This document shows, in pieces, positions 18,379 through 28,423 of a stretch of 64,000 bases of DNA; positions within the stretch are counted from its first letter, which is position 1; every line of letters starts with the position of its first letter. The position numbers were made by a program, and so were the translations under genes. The notes under the pieces are model-generated. The model saw only the letters and a list, made by a program, of their open reading frames with translations, made no database searches and was not told where the DNA came from. Source of the DNA: Alphaproteobacteria bacterium (GTDB taxonomy: Bacteria > Pseudomonadota > Alphaproteobacteria > Bin95); contig CBDBGH010000003.1 in NCBI GenBank assembly GCA_965205265.1, positions 4,928,001 through 4,992,000 on the forward strand, given 5' to 3'.

Positions 18379-19149
18379 CTATATCTCAACGACGAGGTCC
18401 GGCACGAAATCCCTGGCCTCCTCGTTGTTTTTTCCGCGCGGATTGGCCAGCACCCGCGTCCGCCCGATGGTGAAATCCACCGCATCGTGGACATGGCCAT
18501 GGACCCAGAGCGCGGGCTGGAAGCGCCGGATCGCGTCCTCGAGGTCCGAGGCGAAGCCCGGGCTGAGCGCGTCGCCGGCGAAACGGTCATGGATCGAACG
18601 CGGGCTCGGCGCATGGTGGGTCACCACCACCGCCTCAAGGCCGTCCTTCCCGGCCTGCGCGAGCTCGGTCTCGATGAAGGCCCGGTCCCCGGCATGCCGG
18701 TGCGCGGATTCCCAGGTGGTGAAGTTCCGCCACGATGCCCCCCGGATCGACCCGGCAAAATCGTTGAGCCCCCGGCCGACGGCATCGTGGGCATACAACT
18801 CACGCGGCTCGCCGTACAGGCGGAAGTCGGTCCAGAGCGTGGCGCCGATGAATCGCACAGCGCCGACCGTGACCGCGGCCGTGTCGAGCAGGGTGACGTC
18901 CCACCTGGCGCAGTCGAGCGCCAGACTGTGCTGTGCGTCCCCGATCCGGGACCCGTAGTATTCGTGGTTGCCGGGGACATAGAGGACATGCCCCGCGTCT
19001 CCCCAGACGTCGGCCGCAAGCCCGATGAACCCCTTCTTCGCCGGCGCCAGGTCGCCCGCCAGCACGACGGCCTCCACGTCCGGGGCGAGCGGCGGGACGC
19101 CGGCATAGCGCCGTTCGAGATGGAGGTCGGAGAGCACCTGGATACGCAT
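18379..19149 (-). CDS. Calcineurin-like metallophosphoesterase
   Basis: SDLH, AGD, GNHE, THH, HGHVH, NPRG motifs. Confidence 0.92.
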   Translation of the reverse strand: MRIQVLSDLHLERRYAGVPPLAPDVEAVVLAGDLAPAKKGFIGLAADVWGDAGHVLYVPGNHEYYGSRIGDAQHSLALDCARWDVTLLDTAAVTVGAVRFIGATLWTDFRLYGEPRELYAHDAVGRGLNDFAGSIRGASWRNFTTWESAHRHAGDRAFIETELAQAGKDGLEAVVVTHHAPSPRSIHDRFAGDALSPGFASDLEDAIRRFQPALWVHGHVHDAVDFTIGRTRVLANPRGKNNEEARDFVPDLVVEI

Positions 19150-19277
19150 GGGACAGGCCTTCTGGGAGACTCCGGGTCAAATCCCGGGCATGTGGAGATA
19201 GGACTCCGGGACGGGATTGCCAGTCCCGGCCACGGATACGGAGGCCCCGGATGGGGCGCTCAGGGAAGCCGGATGCC

Positions 19278-20381
19278 CTACAGTCCCGGCTCGGGAACCG
19301 CGGACGCCTTTCCCCGCCGGGGGCCGGCCAGGGCCTGCCGGAACCACCGGTAAAGGTCTCGGTCTATCCTGGGAGAGGGATGCGCGGCTCCCGCATCGAC
19401 CAGATCGGACACGGTCCGTCCGCCACTGTCCGGCAGATCGCGGTCCGCGCCGTGTTCCAGGAGCGTCTGCACCACCTGGGGATGTCGGCGCCAGACTGCA
19501 TGGTGCAGGGCCGTCCAGCCTCTCTTGTCCTGCCTGTCCGGATCGGCCCCGGCCGCCAGCAGGTCCCGGACATCGTCCAGCACCGTTTCTCCCGAAGCCC
19601 CGATCACCCGCATGATCGCGGTCTGGCCGTCACTGTCCCCGATATCCGGATCGGCCCCGGCCTCGAGCAGGGCCCCCATTGCGCCGCTGTTTCCCCGGCA
19701 AGCGGCCTCGAGGAGGGCGGTCCGGCGCTCGAATCCTCCGGTTTCGTTGAGGTCCGCGCCGAATTCGATCAGATGACGGACCGTCCAGGCCTGTCCGGTC
19801 CGGTCCGTCTGCGCCGCCAGCATGAGAGCTGTCTTGCCTCTGCCGTTGATCGAAGGCGCCCTGGCCCCGGGATCGGCGCCTGCATCCAGAAGCATCTCCA
19901 CAACCAGTTCCCGACGGTCGGGACTGGACCGGCAGACAGCCTGATGGAGGGCGGTCTCTCCCCGGCCCCGCGCCGCATCGGGTCTGGCGCCGGCGTCGAT
20001 CAGCACCTGAACGACCTCCGGCTCGTTTCCGCGCGCCGCCAGGCGTAACGGCGTGCTCCCCTGTTCGCCGACGGCCTCGACATCCGCCCCGGCCTCGATC
20101 AGGGCCACGGAGATGGCGGCCTCGTCGTTACCTTCCGCCGCCAGATGCAGGGGCGTCTGGCTCAGGACCGTCCTCGCCGCCACGGATGCGCCGGCTTCGA
20201 GCAGAATGCCGATAACCGCGCTGTCGCTGGCTGCAGCCGCCGCCAGGTGCAACGGCGTTCGTCCGAGATGGTCCGCGGCCTTGGGGTCGGCGCCGGCGGC
20301 CAGCGCCTGCCGGACCTTCTCCGGCGAGGCATTGGCAAAGAACCCTTTCGTGCCCCATGTAGCGTCAGACATCTCACTCAC
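19278..20381 (-). CDS. Ankyrin repeat protein
   Basis: Multiple G-TPLH-AA...LL-AGAD repeats. Confidence 0.93.
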   Translation of the reverse strand: MSEMSDATWGTKGFFANASPEKVRQALAAGADPKAADHLGRTPLHLAAAAASDSAVIGILLEAGASVAARTVLSQTPLHLAAEGNDEAAISVALIEAGADVEAVGEQGSTPLRLAARGNEPEVVQVLIDAGARPDAARGRGETALHQAVCRSSPDRRELVVEMLLDAGADPGARAPSINGRGKTALMLAAQTDRTGQAWTVRHLIEFGADLNETGGFERRTALLEAACRGNSGAMGALLEAGADPDIGDSDGQTAIMRVIGASGETVLDDVRDLLAAGADPDRQDKRGWTALHHAVWRRHPQVVQTLLEHGADRDLPDSGGRTVSDLVDAGAAHPSPRIDRDLYRWFRQALAGPRRGKASAVPEPGL

Positions 20382-20467
20382 CTATTCGTGTGTCCTGCCA
20401 TGTTACCGCACCGTCCTGAAATAGCCGAAATGCTCCCAAACCCGCCGCAGGGCGCGGGAGCCTGCCA

Positions 20468-21139
20468 TCACGGCTGGCTCCCCTGCGGTGCGGCCGCCGG
20501 ATCGCCTGCTGTCTGCTCCGGGTCTCCGGTGCGAATGGCCTCCGGCCACAGCTTGACGAGCCTCCGGTTGCGCTCTTCCGTCGAATACCCGTAGCCGCAG
20601 TCCTCAAGGCCGGCACCCACGCCATATCCCGACCAGCCGGCCCAGACCGTGCCATCCGGCTGCGCCAGGCGCGCATAGATGTAGAGGTTATCCTCCTCGA
20701 CCCACAGCACTTCGAGGCGGCTGCCGTCCGGGAAGGCAAAGGCCGCGACCTCACGGTCCACGTTGCCTTCCGCCCAATCCACCGGATTGAGCGCAGGTGC
20801 GATGGGCTTTCCCTCGGAATTCTCCCGCGCTATCAGCGCCTCTGGAAGATCCACCCCATGGGACAGGAGGTCGATCTCCCGCCCGTCAAGCCAAGCCGTT
20901 ACCGCGTAGCTCTTGTAGAGCCCGACATGGAGACGGCCGTCGCCAAGCACGACATGTCCGTTCGGACTCTCGTTCCTGAGCTTGTAGCCTTCCTCCGCTC
21001 CGATCCCCTGGGCGGCGAATGCAAACCCCGGATACGTTCCGGGGACCGTAAAGGCCCGATCGGTGAGAACGGCATCGCTGCGGTCCACGATACGCCTGCC
21101 GTTGCGAAAGGCGTATCCACCATAGTCCGAATATGCCAT
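20468..21139 (-). CDS. Hypothetical protein
   Basis: 223-aa ORF with GGAGG RBS, operonic. Confidence 0.7.
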   Translation of the reverse strand: MAYSDYGGYAFRNGRRIVDRSDAVLTDRAFTVPGTYPGFAFAAQGIGAEEGYKLRNESPNGHVVLGDGRLHVGLYKSYAVTAWLDGREIDLLSHGVDLPEALIARENSEGKPIAPALNPVDWAEGNVDREVAAFAFPDGSRLEVLWVEEDNLYIYARLAQPDGTVWAGWSGYGVGAGLEDCGYGYSTEERNRRLVKLWPEAIRTGDPEQTAGDPAAAPQGSQP

Positions 21140-21175
21140 CGGGATTTTCCTCCGACCCTGTTCGCGACGCGCCTT

Positions 21176-22300
21176 CTACCCGCGTTCCAGCGACGCCACC
21201 AATTCCCTGACCTGGCCCAGGCCGGGTTCATCCCCCTCCTTCGCCAGAAGGAACAGGGCATCCGCATCCACGCGCTGCTCCGGGGCGGCGTTGACAACCA
21301 CGTCCTCGCCGCCGGCCGGCACATAACCGAGCAAGGTGCCGAAGCCGGCGCGCATGAACGAGCACACCGCCTCGCGCCACTGCACATCCTCGATGTCGAC
21401 ATCGTATCGCAGACACTCGTCACCCCGGTGCGTGAAGAGGTTCTCAAGGATTTGCTCCGAACCCGGCGCGTTCAGCGCACGCACGAGCATACCCGGATAG
21501 CCGCGCATCGGACGCATCACCGTTTGCGCCCAGGGGCGCAAACGGTCTCGATTGCGGTCGTCCACGCATTCGACGAGGACCGGCGCGGCAGTGAATGCGG
21601 AAGACTCTATTCCCCGTATGCGGTGCAGCAGATCGAAGGCCAGGGCGTCCGAGGCCGGGTCCTTCTCGTCCGCAGCGAGAAGGACCACGGCCGCTGCCTC
21701 GTCCACCGCGGCATCCTTCAACCGTTCCTCATTGTATGGCAGACCGTGGACATGCCGCACGCCCAGCGCGGCAATCTCGGCCGGCAGGCCCTGCGGCCAG
21801 CACTCCGAGACCAGGACGATATCGCGGTCGCGGCCCCACTCGGTTTCCCGGAGCTGCGTCAGAAGCAGCCGGAAATAGGTCTCCGCCCCGCCGTTCGGCG
21901 CATTGGCGATTACCAGATGGTCCTTCATTCTCCACCTCCAGCGGCCGCGCTCCCGGAGCGCGCGCCGGTCTGCGCGATACTCGAAATAATCCGCGGCGCC
22001 CTTGCCCAGCACGAATATCCCGCCGCCATACAGAAGCAGCGCCGTGGCCCATCGGCCTTCCGCAGTGGCGGCCGACAGGTCGCCATAGCCGACCGTCGTC
22101 ATGGTCGTCGCCGTGAGCCAGAGGGCATCCCCGACCGACAGGCCTTCAAAGGCCGACATCGCTGCGACATGCGCGACCGAAATGGCCGCCAGCCACAGGA
22201 CCAACCGCAAGAGCGACCTTCTTGCGGCGCCGAGGCCCGGCAGGGGCCCCCGGCACCGGCGGCGACGCCGCAGCCTTTGCAGGAATACCGGGACTACCAT
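21176..22300 (-). CDS. Two-TM potassium channel with RCK/TrkA-N domain
   Basis: TTVGYGD selectivity filter followed by a Rossmann-like RCK domain. Confidence 0.9.
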   Translation of the reverse strand: MVVPVFLQRLRRRRRCRGPLPGLGAARRSLLRLVLWLAAISVAHVAAMSAFEGLSVGDALWLTATTMTTVGYGDLSAATAEGRWATALLLYGGGIFVLGKGAADYFEYRADRRALRERGRWRWRMKDHLVIANAPNGGAETYFRLLLTQLRETEWGRDRDIVLVSECWPQGLPAEIAALGVRHVHGLPYNEERLKDAAVDEAAAVVLLAADEKDPASDALAFDLLHRIRGIESSAFTAAPVLVECVDDRNRDRLRPWAQTVMRPMRGYPGMLVRALNAPGSEQILENLFTHRGDECLRYDVDIEDVQWREAVCSFMRAGFGTLLGYVPAGGEDVVVNAAPEQRVDADALFLLAKEGDEPGLGQVRELVASLERG

Positions 22301-22316
22301 TGGTACCACCCGCCCC

Positions 22317-22916
22317 TCATCTTGTCCTGGCCAGAAGGTTGACCCAGCGGCCATCAGGATCCGGTGCCCCGCCCAGGGCGGTCCGCCAGATGTCCAGGAT
22401 GTCGAAGAGACCCAGATACGCAAGCAATCCGCGCAGGCGCTCCTCGGTGATGTCGTGATGGAAACGCCCTTCCCCGTCGTAACGCTCGCCCTCGCCATGC
22501 TTCATGCAGCAATAGAAGGCTCCTCCCGGCCGCAGGGCACGATGCACGCGCCACAACACGACCGGCAACTGCCGCTTCGGCACATGCAGCAACGACCCCA
22601 TCGCCCAGACCCCGTCGAAATACCGGAAGTAGCCCATGTCCTGGGCCCGTTCGACGCGCGCCGCCCGGCCGGTCAGCCCGGTCGTTATCCGGCACATGCG
22701 CTCCGAAGCGTCAATGGGCGTCACATCGAACCCCGCCCGGATCATGGCGAGCGTGTCACGGCCCGACCCGCAGCCGAGGTCGAGCACATGGCCGCCCGCC
22801 TTCACAAGCGCCGTGAACCTGTCGATCAGGCGGGACATGTCCAGGTCCCGTGTCCTGGCCGCGAATTCATCGCCATGCTCATCGTACCACGCCGCCGGAT
22901 CGGCATGATCCGCCAT
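22317..22916 (-). CDS. Class I SAM-dependent methyltransferase
   Basis: VLDLGCGSGRD; FDGVWAMGSLLH. Confidence 0.9.
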   Translation of the reverse strand: MADHADPAAWYDEHGDEFAARTRDLDMSRLIDRFTALVKAGGHVLDLGCGSGRDTLAMIRAGFDVTPIDASERMCRITTGLTGRAARVERAQDMGYFRYFDGVWAMGSLLHVPKRQLPVVLWRVHRALRPGGAFYCCMKHGEGERYDGEGRFHHDITEERLRGLLAYLGLFDILDIWRTALGGAPDPDGRWVNLLARTR

Positions 22917-22953
22917 CGCACACCCTCCGCAAACCGCGGAATAGAGAAGAACT

Positions 22954-23007
22954 ATTCTATGTCTAACTGATTATCAAGTCAATCTGATTGCCTTTGCAAT
23001 CCATACA
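22954..23007 (-). promoter_or_regulatory. Sigma70-like promoter TTGACT-N17-TAGAAT overlapping operator CAATCTGATTG (22980-22990)
   Basis: Read directly; same architecture at five other loci. Confidence 0.7.
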
Positions 23008-23054
23008 GCCTGCCGGATCATGGAATGACAGGGCACAGCGGGGCCGGGCGCCGC

Positions 23055-23318
23055 TCAGGCAAGACCGGTCGCCACGACCGCCCCGCGTTCCCGACACAGC
23101 AGAACGGGACACCCCCGTTCCCTTGAAACCTCGTTGAACTTCCTGACCACATGTTCCTGGAGATCGATCCCCGCATGCGCCGCGAGGCTGAAGGCTTCAC
23201 CGCACTCGCCGGCCAGGGCGTTCCCCCAGTCGGAAAACGTCCACCGCCGGGTTCCCGGCGGATGAAAGAACTCGATCCGGGCTGCCTGCGCCCGCGCAAA
23301 CGTCTCGAAGCTGAGCAT
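23055..23318 (-). pseudogene. MazG-like NTP pyrophosphohydrolase with apparent internal deletion
   Basis: DWGNALAGECGE and GIDL...VVRKFNEVS present; central EELAD helix missing. Confidence 0.55.
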
Positions 23319-23387
23319 CGCCAACCTTCTCCTCGGTATCTCTCCGCTTGGCGGCTGTCCGCAGGGCCAGCGACACATCGGCCCCGG

Positions 23388-24233
23388 TCAAGGCGAAAAA
23401 CCGACCTCCTCCATCGCCGGCATGCCGGCGCCGTAGTCCTCGATCACCGACACCACCTCCCTGTGATACCCGTCCAGGGCGGGCTCCAGGGCGTTCAGCA
23501 CGACGGCCGCATCCACGCCCGGAAGAACGGAAGACCTTTCCAGAACCTTCGGACCGCCCGGGTCCTGAAGGTCCCTCATCGTCAGCGTCCATCCCTTCTC
23601 CTGCGTGTCGAGAGTCCATATCTCGGCCACGCCCAGGCGGCTGCACATATCCCGCACCTTGGCCGCATCGTGGGAAGCGTCGCTGCGTTCCACCTCAACG
23701 ACCAGATCCGGCGGCACACGCCTTTCGAACGCCTCGATCCCCGCCCCACCGGTTTCCCTGGACAGGCGCCTGACATTGTCGCCGACATAATATGAGAGCG
23801 GCGGCACCAGCGCGCTGTGTTCCGGGGCGTCGGGGAAGGCCATCTCCTGCCGGAAGCGGCGCGCCAGCCAAAAGGCGGACTCCTGCCGCCCCAGCATCGA
23901 GAATATGAGATCCAGCCCCGTCCTGATTCTATCGTGGCGAGCAGACGGAAAGCGCATCTCCACCCAGCCCTCCGTCGTGTCGATCAGGACGTTGCCATCG
24001 GCAAGAATCCCGCCTGCCCTCGCGTTGAACGCACCCAGGTTGCCCGAGTGCAGCATCCCTTCGCGCCGCAAATCCTCCGGCGTCAGCCGGCCCGATGGCG
24101 CCTCCCTTCCGGCAAGCCGGTAGAGAAGGTCGAAATCGTTTTCGCGAATGCGTTCCAGAAGAACACCGGCCATGTCCGGTCCGACACAGACACGGACAAA
24201 TTCGGACCCCGACGTCCCCGTCGTCCTTTGCAC
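23388..24233 (-). CDS. Uma2-family (PD-(D/E)XK) endonuclease-like protein
   Basis: PPDLVVEV...LGVAEIW...SSVLPG; GTG start behind AAGGAGG. Confidence 0.7.
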   Translation of the reverse strand: MQRTTGTSGSEFVRVCVGPDMAGVLLERIRENDFDLLYRLAGREAPSGRLTPEDLRREGMLHSGNLGAFNARAGGILADGNVLIDTTEGWVEMRFPSARHDRIRTGLDLIFSMLGRQESAFWLARRFRQEMAFPDAPEHSALVPPLSYYVGDNVRRLSRETGGAGIEAFERRVPPDLVVEVERSDASHDAAKVRDMCSRLGVAEIWTLDTQEKGWTLTMRDLQDPGGPKVLERSSVLPGVDAAVVLNALEPALDGYHREVVSVIEDYGAGMPAMEEVGFSP

Positions 24234-24316
24234 CGCCTCCTCCTTCCCGGAGAACCGTGCCTCATCGTTCGGATGATCGGCCCGCCTCTCTCCCAAAGTG
24301 TCTTTCGCAGCCCCCG

Positions 24317-25210
24317 CTACGGTTGCGGACCGTCCTCGCCGGGCCCGGCGATTGCCGGCCGGACCGCCGCGGGAGTCTCGATATAGCGTTCGTCCCTGAA
24401 CTCCTCGACGCCGCGCCGGAAATGCACCTCCATGCCTTCCGCAGTAATGCGCAGGGTTCCGGATCCGCCGAGATCGTTCCACCAGCCGGGGAACCTGGCC
24501 TGAAGCAAATTCCAGGCAACATGCCGGATCAGCGCGCCGAAGGTCTCCGGATCCCGCTCCGTCACGACCCAGTCGTCACGACCCTCGTCCCAGCGAACAC
24601 CCCGCAGCCCGGCGCATTGCGCATTCAGGTTGCCGCCCGGAAGAAGCCTTACCGCCTGAACAGCTCCATCGTCCGATTCACCGGCAACCTCGATCTCGAT
24701 CGCCTGGACGGCGTCCAGGGCCATCCTCTCCATGACCACTCCGAGATTGTGGCGGGCAGCGAGGTCGACCGCGGTCCGCCAGCGCTCCTCGCTTCGTTCC
24801 TGTTCCCGGTCGTAGGCCTCGCGCTCTGCATCGGGAGGCTCGCGCAGCCAGTTTTCCCACGCCGGCCCGGTTCCCTCCAGGCCGAAGAGGAACGACGAAA
24901 CGTACATGTTCTGCGGCCAGAACTCGACCGCCGCCGGACCTCCGTTCCCACCCGCCGCCGGGTCGGCCTGGGCGACAACCCGGAACTCGTTGTTGCTCTC
25001 CTTGTCGGCGGACACCAGAGCCCCGCCGTCATCGAGGGCCATCTCATACTCCGCCATCTCCGCTAAGGTCAGGGCGGGCCCGGGCTTGATAGCCCGCACG
25101 AGCGCGCTGACACCAGCCCCGTCCGGGGCGCCGGCCAGGTTGTAAACCTCGCCGTCCTCGACCAGGAACACGGATCCCAGATCGTCCTCGTAAATCCGCC
25201 TCATCGCCAT
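24317..25210 (-). CDS. Protein with C-terminal DUF6878-like domain
   Basis: RHNL...GESDDG...PGWWNDLGGSGTL; paralogous to the ORFs at 62660-64000. Confidence 0.6.
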   Translation of the reverse strand: MAMRRIYEDDLGSVFLVEDGEVYNLAGAPDGAGVSALVRAIKPGPALTLAEMAEYEMALDDGGALVSADKESNNEFRVVAQADPAAGGNGGPAAVEFWPQNMYVSSFLFGLEGTGPAWENWLREPPDAEREAYDREQERSEERWRTAVDLAARHNLGVVMERMALDAVQAIEIEVAGESDDGAVQAVRLLPGGNLNAQCAGLRGVRWDEGRDDWVVTERDPETFGALIRHVAWNLLQARFPGWWNDLGGSGTLRITAEGMEVHFRRGVEEFRDERYIETPAAVRPAIAGPGEDGPQP

Positions 25211-25358
25211 GGCAGGAAAACTCCCGTCTGACCGTCCCGTCAGGGGCATACTGCGCGATATCCGTGAAAACCCCCAACCGACGGAACCGCCTCTGCCATA
25301 AGCCTCTTCTTCAATGATGTGGTGGAAGCCGCAATGACCGATGGGCCATTCCTTCAAT

Positions 25359-25384
25359 GATAGCCGCTACAGATATTGTGGCAT
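25359..25384 (-). repeat. 26-bp element, inverted partner of 28396-28421
   Basis: ATGCCACAA(T/A)ATCTGTAGCGGCTATC, 25/26 identical. Confidence 0.8.
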
Positions 25385-25975
25385 AATATATCGTTACTTA
25401 TTGATATTACGCTGAAATATCACTGCAATAAATCGACATCGATTTTCCGGCGAATTGTGGCGAACCGCTCAAGCTCTCCCCATAGACCAGTGTGTTTATT
25501 GAATAAAGTCTGAGATCTGGCTTTGCGCGCTGGACAGCGGGGTTCCGACCACCGCATCGGGAACCAGGCTCTGGACGAAAGGGCGCCTCCGGGTGAAGGT
25601 CGACGGCAACCGCGAGGCGCCCGGCTGAGAGGAGGCGGCGGAGCGGCGTGGAGAAGCCAGCGCTGTGGACGCCGGAAGACGGACAGCTGATCGGGCCGCA
25701 AGCGTCGGCCGCAGCCGAGTCCGCGACGAGCGGCGCGGGCAAATCATGAGGGCGTCGCGACCTGGACACTCGGCACCGCCAGCAAGCGCATTCGGGACAC
25801 GAGCGGCTGCAAGCCGGTGCGGCAGCGCCTGCCCCTCCCGGCGCGACGGCGGCTCAGGGAGGGATTCTGCGGTTGACCGCCGCCAGAACGCCTGAACCTC
25901 CCTTCAGCAATGAGAGGGGATCGGATTTTCTGGCGGAGATTGCCGACGGGCCCGTCCGTTCCGGCTCTCGAAGGG

Positions 25976-27643
25976 TTACGACGGGCCGGGGAGGTCCGTG
26001 TCCAGCGGTGTCGGCGGCGTCCAACCGCGCCCGGACTCCTTGCGGTCCTCTTCCCGCGGTGGAGCGGTCTCCAGGCCCATGGCCCGGGCCATGGCCGGGA
26101 TGTCCAGACACCCGAAGCCTTCGCCAGCATAACGCCGCTCCTCTTCGTCCGAGAAGGCGGGCGAGATGAGCAACTGGCGGCGCGGCAGGTCGGCCAGATG
26201 CGCCTTGCTCGTGCCCCGAATGTCGTGCAGGAACGCTTGAAAGTCCTCTTTCAGCTTGTCGCACTTGTGCCGGCTGGCATTGCGTTTGCAGCCGGCCATG
26301 GTGAGCAGGGGAGGGTCGCCGTCGTCCACGACAAGGACGTCGATATCGGGAAGGTTCCCGCGCCCCGGGCGCCACGCGCCAGAGGCGGCGTATTCTGTCT
26401 CAGGGCGGGTCCGGAACCAGTCGGCTGCGAACCGTTCGAGCGCGAACCCCTCAAGGGTATGCAGATGACTGAGGGCCCGGTCTATGTCGACGGTAGCCCT
26501 GCCGGCCGCTTCATTGTCGTCCGTCGGCTCTCCACCGAACAACTCGGGGAATACCCCGAGCTGGAAGAGCGCGCTGTTATCCCTCAGGCCCCATCTCACC
26601 CGGCTCCGATTGTCGGCGGCCGGGAAGGCCGTCTGCGGGGTAACCATCTCCAGATGGTCGCGCAGCCGGCCCATGACCGCTTCCAGCGGCTCAGGGGCTT
26701 CCCCCTTCGCGTCCGGGACCCAATTCCGCAACACTTCTGGAAATTCCCGCAGCCGTTCGCCGCGTCCGCCGCGTCCGGCCAGCCACAGAATGGCCCGCCG
26801 GGCCCGGTCGGCCAACTCGACATAGGCCTTGCTGTCGAAGCGCTCGCGCGGGTCTTCCTGAAGAATCCGGCACTCGCTCTCGATAAAGGCGCGCCGCCAG
26901 ACGTCGTCATCAGGCCAGGCTTCGAAATCCCTCAACGCCTCGAATTCGTCATCCATGGTGAACCGTTCCCAAGGGCGCGGCAGGCCATCCCAGGCCGTCC
27001 AGAGCGTGAGGAACCGACCCGGATGGCGCAGGAATCCCTGGTCCGAGGCCATTTCGAGCACGGTCTCGACCGGCCAAGGCCTTACCTGGACGCCCGGATT
27101 GCTTCTGCCATGGAGTGGCTGGTCCACCCGAAACATGTGCAGCATTTGCTGCTGGTGCGACCCCATCAGCACCAGCTTGCCGGACGGAGGCTCGCCCTTC
27201 ATGCGCCGGATCTCGTCGATTATGTATTTGATCGATGGCACGATGCCGGCCGGCGCGGCATGGTGGAACTCGTCGAGCGCCACGATCGCGCCCTTCATCA
27301 GCAGCTGCCTGACGATGTCCGTGAAGCGAAATCCGGGGCTGTAGGAACCGTCCAGACGCGGCATGTCCTCCAGCAGCGGCGACAGACCATCATACTGCAC
27401 CTGGTCGGCCAGGGCCTCTAGGCACGCGGCCGCATCGCCAGAGGGAAGCTCCACATGCAGAAAGGGAATCGCGGGGTCGCGGTCGTGGCATACCTCGTGC
27501 AGCAGGCGGGTCTTGCCGACCCCGCGCCGACCCAGAATCGTATAAGTGCCGAACCGGCGCCGACGCCGGTTCGGATCGAGACCCAGACGAAGCGCCAGAT
27601 CGCGAGACTCGTTCGCCCGCCCGTAGAAACCCCAATGAACCAT
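25976..27643 (-). CDS. Archaeal-type AAA ATPase with C-terminal PD-(D/E)XK (DUF234-like) domain
   Basis: FYGR.NE, GRRGVGKT, LDEFH, LMGS; C-terminal DIDV...GCKR. Confidence 0.82.
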   Translation of the reverse strand: MVHWGFYGRANESRDLALRLGLDPNRRRRRFGTYTILGRRGVGKTRLLHEVCHDRDPAIPFLHVELPSGDAAACLEALADQVQYDGLSPLLEDMPRLDGSYSPGFRFTDIVRQLLMKGAIVALDEFHHAAPAGIVPSIKYIIDEIRRMKGEPPSGKLVLMGSHQQQMLHMFRVDQPLHGRSNPGVQVRPWPVETVLEMASDQGFLRHPGRFLTLWTAWDGLPRPWERFTMDDEFEALRDFEAWPDDDVWRRAFIESECRILQEDPRERFDSKAYVELADRARRAILWLAGRGGRGERLREFPEVLRNWVPDAKGEAPEPLEAVMGRLRDHLEMVTPQTAFPAADNRSRVRWGLRDNSALFQLGVFPELFGGEPTDDNEAAGRATVDIDRALSHLHTLEGFALERFAADWFRTRPETEYAASGAWRPGRGNLPDIDVLVVDDGDPPLLTMAGCKRNASRHKCDKLKEDFQAFLHDIRGTSKAHLADLPRRQLLISPAFSDEEERRYAGEGFGCLDIPAMARAMGLETAPPREEDRKESGRGWTPPTPLDTDLPGPS

Positions 27644-27743
27644 GGTCCGGTTCCGACCCCAGCCCGACCGGACCTAACTGGACCCGGAGGCTGAAACGGT
27701 CAAGGGCACTCTCCACCGGAAGCGACGGCCGGGCAAGGGGAAT

Positions 27744-27972
27744 TATACCAGCGGCGGTAGTGTCTGACTCATGGGGGATTCCCTGGAGGCCCGGTTTCTG
27801 ATTCAAGGCGGGAGCCTTGGATTGGAGGGTTTTTATGGGAGCTGCGCTTCCGTTGCGTGGAGATTTCGATGCGGCTGGTCTGCGTCGTGTTGCGAAGCGG
27901 AGCCGGGACGGTGCGCAGAGCCGTCGTCTTCTGGCGCTTGCGATGATCTACGAGGGTCATTGCCGTTCGGAT
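27744..27972 (+). mobile_element. IS630-family remnant (left end plus transposase N-terminus)
   Basis: TA-TACCAG end; MGAALPLRGDFDAAGLRRVAKRSRDGAQSRRLLALAMIYEG resembles alphaproteobacterial IS630 N-termini, then similarity stops. Confidence 0.7.
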
Positions 27973-28395
27973 TGCGGCAGAAATTGGTTGAAGAAGAAAC
28001 CCCGCCTGAATTGCGGGAAGGGGATTGGCTCGAAGGCCGCGAGACTGGACTCGAGCATGCCTCAGACCGCCTTCACGGCTGTAGCGGCCAAGCCCTCGCA
28101 TGGCCTCCCGGCGGACAGCCTCGCGGATGCTGTCACCATTCCCGGTGCTCCTTCGCAGCGGCATGGGACTGCCTGTTCCCGAATAGCATCCGGAAGGAAA
28201 TTCCTTGTCAAGCCGGACTCCGCAGGAGTGCCGCGGGAATGACGGGCGGGCCGGTGTCGCCCAGGCGGGGAGTTGGAGTGCCCTGGGGCAGGAAACCCCT
28301 TGTGTCTGCTCTGACTCTGGGGCTAATGAAGCGCTTATCCAGACAAGAACGGCCCGGAACCTACCGAAATAAAAGGAATTATCTAAATTTCGGAG

Positions 28396-28421
28396 ATGCC
28401 ACAAAATCTGTAGCGGCTATC
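28396..28421 (+). repeat. 26-bp element, inverted partner of 25359-25384, abutting IS1634
   Basis: Read directly. Confidence 0.8.
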
Positions 28422-28423
28422 CT

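Noticed and set aside
19166-19290. Short direct repeats GACTCCGGG x2 and CAGTCCCGGC x2
   Set aside because: Too short and GC-rich to exceed chance; no periodicity
25359-25384. Resemblance of CCACAATATCTGTAG to an NrdR box
   Set aside because: Imperfect palindrome, single copy per site, no ribonucleotide reductase nearby
25483-25769. TGTGTTTATTGAATAAAGT resembling a Tn7/IS terminus, and a weak HSAGFSTP integrase-like peptide
   Set aside because: No partner end, no repeated binding sites and no convincing transposase; left uncalled
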